Counted from the stretch's first letter, positions 47,012 through 56,676 are shown. The stretch is 64,000 nt of DNA from Candidatus Acidiferrales bacterium (GCA_035517955.1 DATIYC010000200.1:10398-74397); one strand, 5' to 3'. Numbers and translations are program-made. Notes: generated by a model from the letters alone, not told the origin.

Positions 47012-48601
47012 TTGTCTATCCTTTATCCCAGAACGGTTATATTTGTTCAGCGTGATTGTGGCGGCTTCACAGTTCATTACAGCGATGGAGCGCGAGAATT
47101 GCTAGAACCCGCAAAAAACCAACACCTCGACGACTCGCAACCGACGAGCACTGTTGAATCCTCGACCTATACCCGCTATAGCATAGAGGCTAAGCTCGCT
47201 TCACCAAGACGCAAACTTCCACGCCCATTCACACCAACCGTAGACAAAATCGGACTAGCGAAAGTAATCATCCACGAAATCTTCACATACAATTTCAAGC
47301 TGAGAGAGAAAAAATACAGAAAGGTCGTCTTGAGCCGACCTTGTATCTACGGAACCTTCGGGGGACGATTTGGCGGTTTTCACCCGATCAAGGAGAAGTG
47401 TGTTGGTTGCCTGAGGTGCGTTCAAGAAAACCCAGGCATCTGCCATGTTGAGCGCAACCCCGAGTTCTACAATTTTGCCGATTCCTACTGGATTTCAGAG
47501 GGGGCGGCAACGGTTAGCGGCTCACCGGTAGGCACGCTCATGACCGAAGCTGAAACCGGCAAGATCCCCATCAAAGGCATGGGGTACAAGGGTCCATTCG
47601 CTGGACCTGGTTGGGATTCAATCTGGACCGACATGTCCGAAATAGTGAGGCCGACACGCGATGGGGTTTACGGCAGGGAGTTCATATCGACACTCGTTGA
47701 TCTAGGTAGCAAGAAGAAGTTTCTACATTTTTCAAACGACCAAGACTCGCGATTCACTAGGACTTGCGAGGTTCCATTACCAATGATCTTCGATTATCTC
47801 CCCTCAAACCTAAACAATCAAAGCACATTCGAATCCATCGCCGGCGCAACTGTCCGCACCGCGTCCCTCTTCATCGCAACTCCGACTCAAGCAGCGCAAT
47901 TACCTGAGGGTAGACGCGAACGATTGGTCCCACTAATTTCTGCGAAGGATTGCAAAGATAACGCCGATTTGGTAAGGAATGCGCCCGCAATTGAAACAGA
48001 ACTTTTCGATGCGTCTGATTTGTCTGAGATTCGACAGGTTAACCTTGAGGCTCCGATTGTTGTTCGCCTGCCTCTTCAGAGCAATTCGCCGGATACTGCG
48101 GTTAAGCTTGCACGTGATGGGGTTGATGGCATCCATCTTCTTGCAAACTACCATGGAAAGGGATGGGATGAAACTAATCCGCAATTCACGAAAGACCTGA
48201 TACGAACCGTTCACGGAAGACTCGTTAAGGAATCGTTGCGAGACGAGGTTACCCTAATCGCCAGCGGAGGAATCACGCGCGCAGAACATGTTCCTAAGGC
48301 GATTATTTGTGGAGCAGACCTCGTCGCGATCGATACTACAGTGTTAGTTGCTCTGCAAGAACAGTTCCTAGGCGAATGCATCTCACCTAAGACTGGAAGA
48401 ATTGCGTCTGAGCGTTTCGATACGAAATGGGGTGAGCAGCGTCTTGTGAACGTACTCGCCGCGTGGCATGATCAATTAATCGAAATTCTCAGCGCGATGG
48501 GCATCCGAGATGTTCGGAGATTGCGAGGGGATGTTGGGAGAGCAATGTTCAATGAAGATTTGGAAAAGGAGGCATTTGGTGACATTGAGCGGAGAACCTG
48601 A
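47012..48601 (+). CDS. Glutamate-synthase-related protein: Cys-cluster N-domain plus degenerate GltB-FMN-like TIM barrel
   Basis: 529 aa. 'CVGCLRCVQENPGIC' Fe-S-like motif. The C-terminal 'LIASGGITRAEHVPKAIICGADLVAIDT' matches the GltS FMN domain, but the 'GGTGA' site is degenerate ('ANYHGKGWD'). Start uncertain. Confidence 0.6.
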   Translation: MSILYPRTVIFVQRDCGGFTVHYSDGARELLEPAKNQHLDDSQPTSTVESSTYTRYSIEAKLASPRRKLPRPFTPTVDKIGLAKVIIHEIFTYNFKLREKKYRKVVLSRPCIYGTFGGRFGGFHPIKEKCVGCLRCVQENPGICHVERNPEFYNFADSYWISEGAATVSGSPVGTLMTEAETGKIPIKGMGYKGPFAGPGWDSIWTDMSEIVRPTRDGVYGREFISTLVDLGSKKKFLHFSNDQDSRFTRTCEVPLPMIFDYLPSNLNNQSTFESIAGATVRTASLFIATPTQAAQLPEGRRERLVPLISAKDCKDNADLVRNAPAIETELFDASDLSEIRQVNLEAPIVVRLPLQSNSPDTAVKLARDGVDGIHLLANYHGKGWDETNPQFTKDLIRTVHGRLVKESLRDEVTLIASGGITRAEHVPKAIICGADLVAIDTTVLVALQEQFLGECISPKTGRIASERFDTKWGEQRLVNVLAAWHDQLIEILSAMGIRDVRRLRGDVGRAMFNEDLEKEAFGDIERRT

Positions 48602-49865
48602 TACCATCATAGAGAAGCATGTGGGGAAAATCCGTGAAGGGCTTGAGCTTCTTCCAACTTTGAAGTTTGGCATTCCTGGCGCCTTGGGAAACAAGCGATG
48701 GACTTCTGAGCTGATCTTCGCAACCTATTCTCAAGCAGCGACTGGAAATCCGCCCCAAGGCTTAGAGTACAAGATAGGTGCGTCGGGGGGAGGTTTCGAT
48801 CTTCTAGACTTCAAAAATACTCAGCTTCCCGCGAAAATTGAAGATAACGACTTCGATTTGTCGATTGAATTGAATCGGCGAAGTAAGGGATCGCGAATCA
48901 AGATTCCGATACCGATCTACGGAGCGGGAATGTCGTTTGGCTCAATCAGCCTGAACTTCATGCTTGCGCGAGCGATGGCCGCGAAAGAGCTAGACACGTT
49001 CACCTCGACCGGGGAGGGAGGATACCCGCCCCCTCTCATGGAGTACAAGGATAATGTGATCACGCAAGTTGCTACGGGAATGTTCGGTGTCCGGGAGGAT
49101 ACGATTCAGGCCGCGAGAATTGTAGAGTTCAAGTACGCTCAGGGCGCCAAACCAGGTTTGGGCGGACACTTGTTAGCGGATAAGGTTACGTCGGAGGTCG
49201 CCAGCATGCGTGAATCCCTACCATTCACATCACTCTACTCACCATTTCCATTCCACAGCGTTTACTCAGTCGAAGACCACAAGAAACACGTAGACTGGCT
49301 TCGCGCAATCAATCCAGACTGCCTTGTTTCAGTGAAGGTCTCAACCCCAGTCGACGTGGACATGGTTGCCATCGGAAGTTACTACGCAAACGCGAACATA
49401 CTCCACATTGACGGTGGATATGGAGGCACGGGCGCCGCTCCAGAAATTGCCAAGAAGAACATCGCGATGCCAATCGAATACGCAATTCCCAGAGTTCACC
49501 GCTACCTAGTCGCCGAGGGAGTTAGAGACGAGATCACGGTCATGGCCAGTGGGGGAATACGAACTGCATACGATGTTGCCAAAGCCATAGCTTTAGGAGC
49601 AGATGGTTGTGTCATAGGCGCCGCAGAGGCAATTGCCGTAGGCTGCACACAGTGCGGCAACTGTGAACGGGGAAGAGGCTGCCAAGTAGGAATCACAACC
49701 ACAGACCCCGAACTAAGCCAATTCATCGAACCAAAATGGGGTGCGCAGAGAATAGTAAACCTCTACACGTCCTGGACAAAACAGTGGAAGATGATTCTCG
49801 CAAACCTTGGACTTAGATCAATCAGGGAGTTGAGGGGAAGGCCCGACCTTCTCCTGTACGGGTGA
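48510..49865 (+). CDS. Glutamate synthase FMN-binding subunit (GltB domain 2-like)
   Basis: 'HIDGGYGGTGAAP', 'ASGGIRTAYDVAKAIALGADG' and the Fe-S motif 'CTQCGNCERGRGC'. The true start is probably ATG 48552, GTG 48576 or GTG 48621, because the upstream gene ends at 48601. Confidence 0.8.
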   Translation: MFGDCEGMLGEQCSMKIWKRRHLVTLSGEPDTIIEKHVGKIREGLELLPTLKFGIPGALGNKRWTSELIFATYSQAATGNPPQGLEYKIGASGGGFDLLDFKNTQLPAKIEDNDFDLSIELNRRSKGSRIKIPIPIYGAGMSFGSISLNFMLARAMAAKELDTFTSTGEGGYPPPLMEYKDNVITQVATGMFGVREDTIQAARIVEFKYAQGAKPGLGGHLLADKVTSEVASMRESLPFTSLYSPFPFHSVYSVEDHKKHVDWLRAINPDCLVSVKVSTPVDVDMVAIGSYYANANILHIDGGYGGTGAAPEIAKKNIAMPIEYAIPRVHRYLVAEGVRDEITVMASGGIRTAYDVAKAIALGADGCVIGAAEAIAVGCTQCGNCERGRGCQVGITTTDPELSQFIEPKWGAQRIVNLYTSWTKQWKMILANLGLRSIRELRGRPDLLLYG

Positions 49866-49872
49866 AGCTCGC

Positions 49873-52398
49873 ATGAATCCTACGAACAGAATCATCGAAT
49901 CGAGAAAACATCTCGTCAATGGTTTAGGGCTGCAGCGCAAGGTTGAGGCTGAGGGTGGGTGTGGGGTAGTTGGTGCCGCTTGCACCGTTCCAATTTCAGG
50001 CCGACACTTCCTAACCGCTCTCCTACAGATGAAGAACCGCGGAAACGGAAAGGGAGGAGGCATAGCAGTTCTCGGCCTTTCGCCCGAGCGAATGGGAGTT
50101 TCACGGGAGATACTGCAGGAAGACTATCTCCTACAAATTGCCTACCTCGACCCGACCGCTAGCAAAGCCGTGGAGGACGAATTCATCTACCCGAACTTGA
50201 GAGTGGATGCCGCGGATTGGCTTGCGACAGTCGACGACTACAAGAGCATTCCAAGATTGGAAGTGAGACCGCCTGATGTTCGGCGGTACTTCTGCAGAGT
50301 CAAAGAGGGAATTCTCCGCCGCTTCATGCAAGAACATGAGCTAACCGATAATCGAACGGCTGAGGACGAGTTCATCTACCAAAACAGCTACGCACTCAAC
50401 AAGAAATTCTACGCGTCGCTGGGAGAGAAGAAAGCCTTCGTTCTCTCTCACGGCAAGGACATGATGGTTCTAAAAATTGTCGGCTGGGGAGACCAAGTCA
50501 TAAGGTACTATAAACTCGAAGATTTCGGAGCGCACATCTGGATCGGACACCACCGATATCCCACGAAGGGAAGAGTGTGGCATCCTGGGGGAGCGCACCC
50601 GTTCGTTGGCGTACACGAGGCGTTGGTGCATAATGGTGATTTCTCGAACTACCACTCCATTTGCGAATACTTGGCGCAAAGAAACGTATACCCACTCTTC
50701 CTGACCGACACTGAGGTCGCAGTCTACCTCTTCGACCTCTACCGAAGAGTGTACAGATACCCGTTGGAGTTTTTGATTGAGGCGATGGCGCCAACCACGG
50801 AACGAGACTTCCACATGCTCCCAACAGAGAAGCGGAAAGTTTACCGTGAAATCCAAACAACACACATCCACGGTTCTCCTGACGGCCCATGGTTCTTCAT
50901 TGTTGGATTGAGCGAGAATGAGCGCAAGCAGCAGCACCTTCTCGGAATAACAGACACGTCGATGCTACGACCACAAGTCTTCGCCTTGCAGGAAGGGGAG
51001 GTGAAGATTGGGCTTATCGCGTCGGAGCGTCAGGCTATCGACGCCTGCCTGAGAAGCCTGGCGGCTGAAGATGCGCGATTTGGGTCGAAGGCAGACCTCT
51101 ACTGGAACGCACGAGGAGGAAGCCACACTGACGGAGGCGCTTTCGTCTTCACAATCGACCGCTCAACCGGAACGCCGCAACTTAAATGCTTAGACAAGTT
51201 CGGACGCGAAGTCCATGTACCTCAACAGGAGTCCACGCCTGAATCAGTTGAAGTTGCATCGAATTCCAACCTTCTCTCCTTGCAAGAGCGGTCAGCTGGA
51301 ATAGGTTCGTTTAGTGAATCGCTTGCAGGTCTGCGAGTTGATGCGAATAGTAGCATTGCCGCAAAAATCAAGTCCTACGAATCTCTGACGTCGATGCTGG
51401 ATTCGCTTCACACCTCCGGTTTAGGCTCCCGAGGACGAGTCAGGGGAGGGATCGAATCCATCCTCTTCACTACCTTACGTTCATTTCCAACCATTCTGGA
51501 TGGAGCGGCCTCACCTTACGCATTAGCAAATTCCGACAACATAGCGAGTTTGAAGGTGCCGGTTGCTGGGCAGGAGAAGTTATTGCTGGACGTCTCAGGA
51601 TTCGACGCGGAAGGAGATGATTCGGCGGCGGCCTCGATAGTTGCCGCATACAAACTTGGATGGAAACATGTGATTAGTTTTGATTGGCGTGGGCAGAGAT
51701 TTTGCGGAGCTGGACTAGGAGCGAATTCCCAAGGGTTCAGAATCGACGTTTTCGGGAATCCTGGTGACTATTTGGGGTCTGGGCTTGATGGCGCTGAAAT
51801 CTTCGTCCACACCTCCGCTCAAGATCAAGTTGCGCAGATCATGAAAGCCGGAAAGCTCGTGATATACGGAGACGTAGGGCAGACGTTCATGTATGCGGCG
51901 AAGGGAGGCGATGTCTACGTGCTTGGAAACGCAGCAGGTCGCCCATTGATTAATGCAGTAGGGCGTCCGAGAGTCGTGATCAACGGAACCTGCCTAGACT
52001 ACCTCGCTGAATCGTTCATGGCAGGAGATCCGCTCAATGGCGGCGGTTTTGTTATCGTAAACGGCATCCGATTTGCGGAGGATGGCCGCGTTCATGGCCT
52101 GGACACGCCCTACCCCGGAAGTAACCTATTCTCACTTGCTTCGGGAGGGGCAATCTACCTTCGAGACCCTTCAAGGAAAGTTGGTGTTGATCAACTGAAC
52201 GGGGGAAGATTGGTGAGTATGGGCAATGAGGATTGGAAGTTAATTGTCCCATACCTCGAAGAGAATGAAAGGTTGTTTGGAGTAAGGATCGAAGATTTGT
52301 TGAGAGACGACCAAGGAACGATTGAGTTTTCGCGGGTTTATAGAAAGGTGGAAGCGATTCCTTTGGAGACTCTTGGGGCTTCGCATGTTGACGGTTGA
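49873..52398 (+). CDS. Fusion of class-II (Ntn) glutamine amidotransferase domain and GXGXG domain (GltB domains 1 + 3)
   Basis: 841 aa. 'GGCGVVGAA' with the nucleophile Cys at residue 30, 'GHHRYPTKG', 'LVHNGDFSNY'. The C-terminal half carries GXGXG repeats 'VFGNPGDYLGSGLDGAEI..IYGDVGQTFMYAAKGGDVYVLGNAAGRP'. Confidence 0.8.
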   Translation: MNPTNRIIESRKHLVNGLGLQRKVEAEGGCGVVGAACTVPISGRHFLTALLQMKNRGNGKGGGIAVLGLSPERMGVSREILQEDYLLQIAYLDPTASKAVEDEFIYPNLRVDAADWLATVDDYKSIPRLEVRPPDVRRYFCRVKEGILRRFMQEHELTDNRTAEDEFIYQNSYALNKKFYASLGEKKAFVLSHGKDMMVLKIVGWGDQVIRYYKLEDFGAHIWIGHHRYPTKGRVWHPGGAHPFVGVHEALVHNGDFSNYHSICEYLAQRNVYPLFLTDTEVAVYLFDLYRRVYRYPLEFLIEAMAPTTERDFHMLPTEKRKVYREIQTTHIHGSPDGPWFFIVGLSENERKQQHLLGITDTSMLRPQVFALQEGEVKIGLIASERQAIDACLRSLAAEDARFGSKADLYWNARGGSHTDGGAFVFTIDRSTGTPQLKCLDKFGREVHVPQQESTPESVEVASNSNLLSLQERSAGIGSFSESLAGLRVDANSSIAAKIKSYESLTSMLDSLHTSGLGSRGRVRGGIESILFTTLRSFPTILDGAASPYALANSDNIASLKVPVAGQEKLLLDVSGFDAEGDDSAAASIVAAYKLGWKHVISFDWRGQRFCGAGLGANSQGFRIDVFGNPGDYLGSGLDGAEIFVHTSAQDQVAQIMKAGKLVIYGDVGQTFMYAAKGGDVYVLGNAAGRPLINAVGRPRVVINGTCLDYLAESFMAGDPLNGGGFVIVNGIRFAEDGRVHGLDTPYPGSNLFSLASGGAIYLRDPSRKVGVDQLNGGRLVSMGNEDWKLIVPYLEENERLFGVRIEDLLRDDQGTIEFSRVYRKVEAIPLETLGASHVDG

Positions 52399-52491
52399 TT
52401 TATTGATACACCATAGTACTGAGAGTGGGGCAACAGTGTTTAATAGAACTTCACCGTCTTACGGCGAAAACTCAACGAGAGCCAAACCCAC

Positions 52492-53754
52492 TTGCTTGCT
52501 GCCCGTGCCTCATTGTGCGTCGCTGTTCTGGCCCTATTCCTCACCGCCACTCTCGCAACAACATATCACACGGTAGCCCAAACACACTACATCCACCCGC
52601 TCCTCTCAGTCAGTGACGATTCTACATCGGCTTGGCACCACCTCCAGGTCGGGGCCTGGGGAAACCAGGACTCCGTAGGCAACGTAGGGGTTCAAGCCGA
52701 AATTCAAACCCACACGTACGATGTCTCTAACTCATCTGAGGATGCCTTTTGGATCGGAGATATTCTCAGCAACGGAGCTTTCATCCAATTCGGCTATCTT
52801 CTCCTATCTCCGGGATATTATTGCCTGGTCGCTCACGTAGCGGCTGGCGCTACTACGTGCACAGGAGCAGACGACACTATCAGCCTCGGCGACGCACGCT
52901 GGTTTTGGGCCTACTTCCCTAACGCCAGAAACATTGGCGAATGGTACTACGAGTTCGGCTTGAAGAACTCGGCTGGGATGAATTCAACTTGGCACCTATA
53001 CTCAATCATACCCACTGAATCAGGCAACTGGAGCTTCCAAATCGATGGAATGACCACATACACCACACCCTTCCAGTATGCCCCATCCAGTAGCCCCGCC
53101 CACTTCGTTGCCGAGAAAGCAGCCGGTCCAGATCAACAGCAACTGGGTCCAGTGGAGTTTCGAGACTTAGCATATCTTGACACGAGTGGCCTTTGGCATG
53201 GTACCTCCTCCCTAACACCAATTGTGGGTTGTGGTGAAGGCGATACGAATCCTTGCAACTTTGTTCCGTATGGTGTTGCAGCGGTGGGAGCGAACGACGT
53301 GTTGGCAGGTTCAGGCGTCCCGACCCCACCAACGGCTCACGCTATTTGGAGTCGGCAAACCTCCTGTGAGATGTACATGACGTTGTCGGACGACGAAGGA
53401 GCGGGACCTGCTCCGCTGAACGTCAGCATCACCACCAAGTCGTACGCGGCCCATGGCAGTGTTCGAACCGACTGGTGGTTCGGTGACGGATCCTTCGCGC
53501 CGGGAGACTCAAGCCGGACCATCACTTACGATACTCCAGGAAACTACTCAATCCTGGCCCGAGACCTGGATTCTGTTGGATGCTTAAGCGAGGCCAGAGG
53601 CGCCGTATTGGTCATGCAACCTAATCTGCAGAATTCGGTTGCTCCTTCCGTGATGGGGATTTCACGAATGTCGTTTATTCTCATAGTCTCGCTATTCACA
53701 TCCATAGCACCAGTAATGGTGTTAAACAGACCGCGCCCTGGAGTGGCGTGGTGA
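52492..53754 (+). CDS. Secreted/anchored protein with C-terminal PKD-like domain
   Basis: 420 aa. Signal peptide, 'WWFGDGSF...YDTPGNYSILARDLDS' PKD-like motif, and a C-terminal TM anchor. Confidence 0.6.
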   Translation: MLAARASLCVAVLALFLTATLATTYHTVAQTHYIHPLLSVSDDSTSAWHHLQVGAWGNQDSVGNVGVQAEIQTHTYDVSNSSEDAFWIGDILSNGAFIQFGYLLLSPGYYCLVAHVAAGATTCTGADDTISLGDARWFWAYFPNARNIGEWYYEFGLKNSAGMNSTWHLYSIIPTESGNWSFQIDGMTTYTTPFQYAPSSSPAHFVAEKAAGPDQQQLGPVEFRDLAYLDTSGLWHGTSSLTPIVGCGEGDTNPCNFVPYGVAAVGANDVLAGSGVPTPPTAHAIWSRQTSCEMYMTLSDDEGAGPAPLNVSITTKSYAAHGSVRTDWWFGDGSFAPGDSSRTITYDTPGNYSILARDLDSVGCLSEARGAVLVMQPNLQNSVAPSVMGISRMSFILIVSLFTSIAPVMVLNRPRPGVAW

Positions 53755-53794
53755 AAAGAGCCCCCCCATCAAATCGAGAGACTTCCTAGGAAGG

Positions 53795-54060
53795 TCAGGT
53801 AAGCGTGTGGCGACGTTCAACCGAGGTCCTAAATTGCGAAATTACCCAGTGATCACGCATTATTCTTTTCTGAAGTTCACTATTCATTGCCGGAGAGATT
53901 TTGTCCAAAGGAGTTCCAAGAACAGCAACTGTCGAGCCACCTTTTCTGATCGCGGATTCGAGAAATCTAGCGTGCCAACTTAGTGGCCTGTCCGCGAGAG
54001 TTAGAACGCAGTCCCTCAGTCGGGAGCAAAAATGTGAGAAAGGTTTCGGCCGGCGCTGCT
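53795..54060 (-). pseudogene. DprA/Smf-like Rossmann-fold remnant
   Basis: The part of ORF 53795..54166 not overlapping the upstream gene reads 'LADRPLSWHARFLESAIRKGGSTVAVLGTPLDKISPAMNSELQKRIMRDHWVISQF'. This matches the DprA core pattern 'GiD..AH.gAL..GG.TIAVLG.GLD..YP..N..L...I...G.liSEF'. It lacks the N-terminus, a canonical start and the C-terminal half. Confidence 0.35.
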
Positions 54061-54071
54061 GGTTTTTGCGG

Positions 54072-54644
54072 TTACAGGTTTGTGATTGTTGCGACGTTGA
54101 TGTAGTTGCCTGGGCATGCGGCTCCGGTTGGGCTTGTATTGTAGCCTTTGTACATTTGTCCTTCAACTCGTACTAGCGTGCCTGATTGTGTGTTGTTGGG
54201 TAGGTTGTGGAGGGTGTAGTATTGAAGGGCGGTGCCTCCGTAGTAGGGCACGTTCGCTGCCTCAACTACTAGTAAGGTACATCCGTTGGCGGCTTGGTAG
54301 ATGTTCCCATAACATTGGACTTGGCTGGACACGGAACCACCATTCTCGTAGTAAACGCCGCTTCCATAGTAGCAGCCGCTATAGGGATAGTAGGATGCCC
54401 CGTAACCCGGGTAAGCTGGGTATCCGGGGTAGGAGGGGTTTTGGTAGCAGCCATACATTCCGCAGTTTTGCTGCGGGTTGACGTTGGCTGTGGACATTTG
54501 CGTAGTGGTCGTGCCGTATGCGGAGGCTGCGCTGGCTAAGACTGCGATGAAAATTGTTGCAACAATAGCTTCGTTTGAATATCTTAACCGAAACTTACCA
54601 GGCTTCGCACTTCGACTAGCCTCCTTTTCCCTGACTTGATTCAT
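54072..54644 (-). CDS. Membrane-anchored/secreted protein with Tyr/Gly/Pro-rich low-complexity region
   Basis: 190 aa. N-terminal anchor 'IVATIFIAVLASAASAYG', then 'YQNPSYPGYPAYPGYGASYYPYSGCYYGSGVYY', then a beta-rich Cys-containing C-domain. Confidence 0.5.
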   Translation of the reverse strand: MNQVREKEASRSAKPGKFRLRYSNEAIVATIFIAVLASAASAYGTTTTQMSTANVNPQQNCGMYGCYQNPSYPGYPAYPGYGASYYPYSGCYYGSGVYYENGGSVSSQVQCYGNIYQAANGCTLLVVEAANVPYYGGTALQYYTLHNLPNNTQSGTLVRVEGQMYKGYNTSPTGAACPGNYINVATITNL

Positions 54645-54810
54645 GAGTTTCTCACTGAGGACGGCGCGTTACCTATGCCAAATACATTTTGCCACCAAGT
54701 AGAAACCCAAAAGATCTCGCTACCGATGGCGGGTCCGCAGGGATTCGGACTCCAGAAGTCGTGTTACGTTCTTTCTGAAGAAAGAAGTTCATTTGCGTCG
54801 GTCTACAGCA

Positions 54811-55242
54811 CTACGTCTGCTCGAGGTTTCTCTTAATTATCTCCAACTCCTTACTCATTCCGGACTCAATTTTTCCTTTGACTATGCCGCCTAGGAGCTT
54901 CGCAAAACCGGGCAGAACAATATCGCCTTGGAGCGTAAGCTTGGTAGCACCGGGTTCGACTGGGTCTAGTACAAAACTCATCTTGGTTCCTTTTCCGTCC
55001 CCGTCAACGGTTTCCGCGTCTAGTCTCCGACTTGGCTGGGCAGTGACTTTTGTTGTGGAATTCATCTTTCGTCCTTCAGCTTCCGACATGGTGTCATAGG
55101 TAACTGAATTGCCCTCTCGTTTCACGACTTTGACAGATTTCCAATAGTTCGAGTGTTGAGGAGCTTTCTCGAAATCATTAAGCAAACTGAACACTTTTTC
55201 AGGTGGAGCCTTTATCGTCTCAGTTAGATTAATGGCTACCAA
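54811..55242 (-). CDS. SRPBCC (START/polyketide cyclase-like) family protein
   Basis: 143 aa. 'I.APPEKVFSLLNDFEKAPQ...W' is typical of the SRPBCC N-terminus. Confidence 0.6.
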   Translation of the reverse strand: MVAINLTETIKAPPEKVFSLLNDFEKAPQHSNYWKSVKVVKREGNSVTYDTMSEAEGRKMNSTTKVTAQPSRRLDAETVDGDGKGTKMSFVLDPVEPGATKLTLQGDIVLPGFAKLLGGIVKGKIESGMSKELEIIKRNLEQT

Positions 55243-55614
55243 TTCAGATCAATCCTTGGTTTAGCATGTTGGTACGTCTTCTTTAACTCCTCTTCCATCG
55301 GTTCAGTTGCGCTATGAAATCACTTGTTGCCTACACGCTAGACAATTCAATCTTGCACGAATCCTGCTTTCTGGGGAAATCGCGGATAAAGGAGGAAAAG
55401 CAGGGAAAGCAGGATTGTTTGCGGTTTTTGCATTTATCGAATATTTTTCGATTGATCAGGGATTGCGAATTTCATGGGCACGAGTACATGTTTGCTGTTT
55501 TTTCACTAAATTGCAAGGGTTACAGAAGTGTTCACAATCGCGAAAAAATGTTTCTCAAGCAAATCTCGGACAAGATGGTGTAAACTCGCGGGATAGGGTG
55601 GTCAAGAGTTCCCA

Positions 55615-56517
55615 ATGAGACTCCACATAAAGCCGGACGCACCCTTCGATTTTGAAAGGAGCGCGAGCATGCACGGTCGCTTCGGAGAAAGTCCACCAGA
55701 CCTGTATGAGAATGGTTTGTACAAGAGGGTTGTTCATGTCGGCGCGAAGCCGGTACTTATTATTGCTTCCTCGGAAGGCACTATTCGAAGACCACACATT
55801 AGAATTGAAGTTCACCGTCCGCTCTCAAAGTCCGAAACGAAGTCACTGAAGGCTCTACTTGATGTAATGTTTCGTAGCTCATTTGACTTCAACGGATTCC
55901 GTAAAGTTACAAGAAAAGATCGTTTGATGAGTATTGTCGCGCGGGAAGTCAGAGGGTTGAGACCAATCGCGCCTCCAACTATTTTTGAAGCTTTGGTAAT
56001 TGCTATCACCGAGCAGCAGATTTCGCTGTATGCAGCCATTGCCATACGCTCTAGACTCGTTAGGACATACGGAGAGAGCGTGAGTTTAGAGGGAAGGAAA
56101 TTTTACGCATTTCCAACCACGAAGTCGTTAGCGAGAGCAAACCCAGCACAGATGAGAGCCCTCGGTCTCAGTCGGAGTAAGGCGTCGTACATGACTGAAC
56201 TAGCCAGAAAAGTTGAGGGAGGGGAATTAGACCTTGAAAGCCTGAGGAAGAAGAGTGATGAATCTGTTGTCTCGGAACTTACTAAGATTAAGGGCATTGG
56301 AAGATGGAGCGCTGAATATGTGCTCGTTCGAGGTATGGGTAGAGTAAACTCTCTTCCAGCCGATGATCTAGGGATACAGCGTGCAGTGTCACAGGCCTAC
56401 TTTAAGGGCAAGAAAATTGGCTCGAAGGAAGTTCGGCAGGTTCTAGACAAATTCGCTCCTTACAGTGGAATCGCAGCCTTCTATCTCATGTACTACCTTT
56501 TCTGGGGAAGTGGGTAG
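55615..56517 (+). CDS. HhH-GPD DNA glycosylase (second AlkA-like paralogue)
   Basis: 300 aa. 'IKGIGRWSAEYVLVRGMG' and 'LPADDLGIQ'. Confidence 0.8.
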   Translation: MRLHIKPDAPFDFERSASMHGRFGESPPDLYENGLYKRVVHVGAKPVLIIASSEGTIRRPHIRIEVHRPLSKSETKSLKALLDVMFRSSFDFNGFRKVTRKDRLMSIVAREVRGLRPIAPPTIFEALVIAITEQQISLYAAIAIRSRLVRTYGESVSLEGRKFYAFPTTKSLARANPAQMRALGLSRSKASYMTELARKVEGGELDLESLRKKSDESVVSELTKIKGIGRWSAEYVLVRGMGRVNSLPADDLGIQRAVSQAYFKGKKIGSKEVRQVLDKFAPYSGIAAFYLMYYLFWGSG

Positions 56518-56676
56518 TTTGCACCAGTTTTACTGCGGCGTGCGCACAGACACAACACGATAACGATTGGTTGATCGTTTCCTATTCTGAAAGGTGCCAT
56601 AAACAGATGTGTAGATGTGTGCTACTTGAAAACTTATAAGAATCCGGCCTAATTCAATAGGGTCAAGGGATAGTCG

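Noticed and set aside
54769-54786. Hairpin TTCTTTC-TGAA-GAAAGAA 25 nt downstream of the SRPBCC gene as a terminator
   Set aside because: No following oligo-T tract lies on the transcribed (minus) strand, and archaeal termination is mainly oligo-T driven. Too weak to call.
55307-55618. Two overlapping plus-strand ORFs (103 and 89 aa) in the SRPBCC/glycosylase spacer
   Set aside because: They lie in different frames over the same AT-rich, repeat-containing DNA and neither is protein-like. The spacer is better explained as regulatory or structured.
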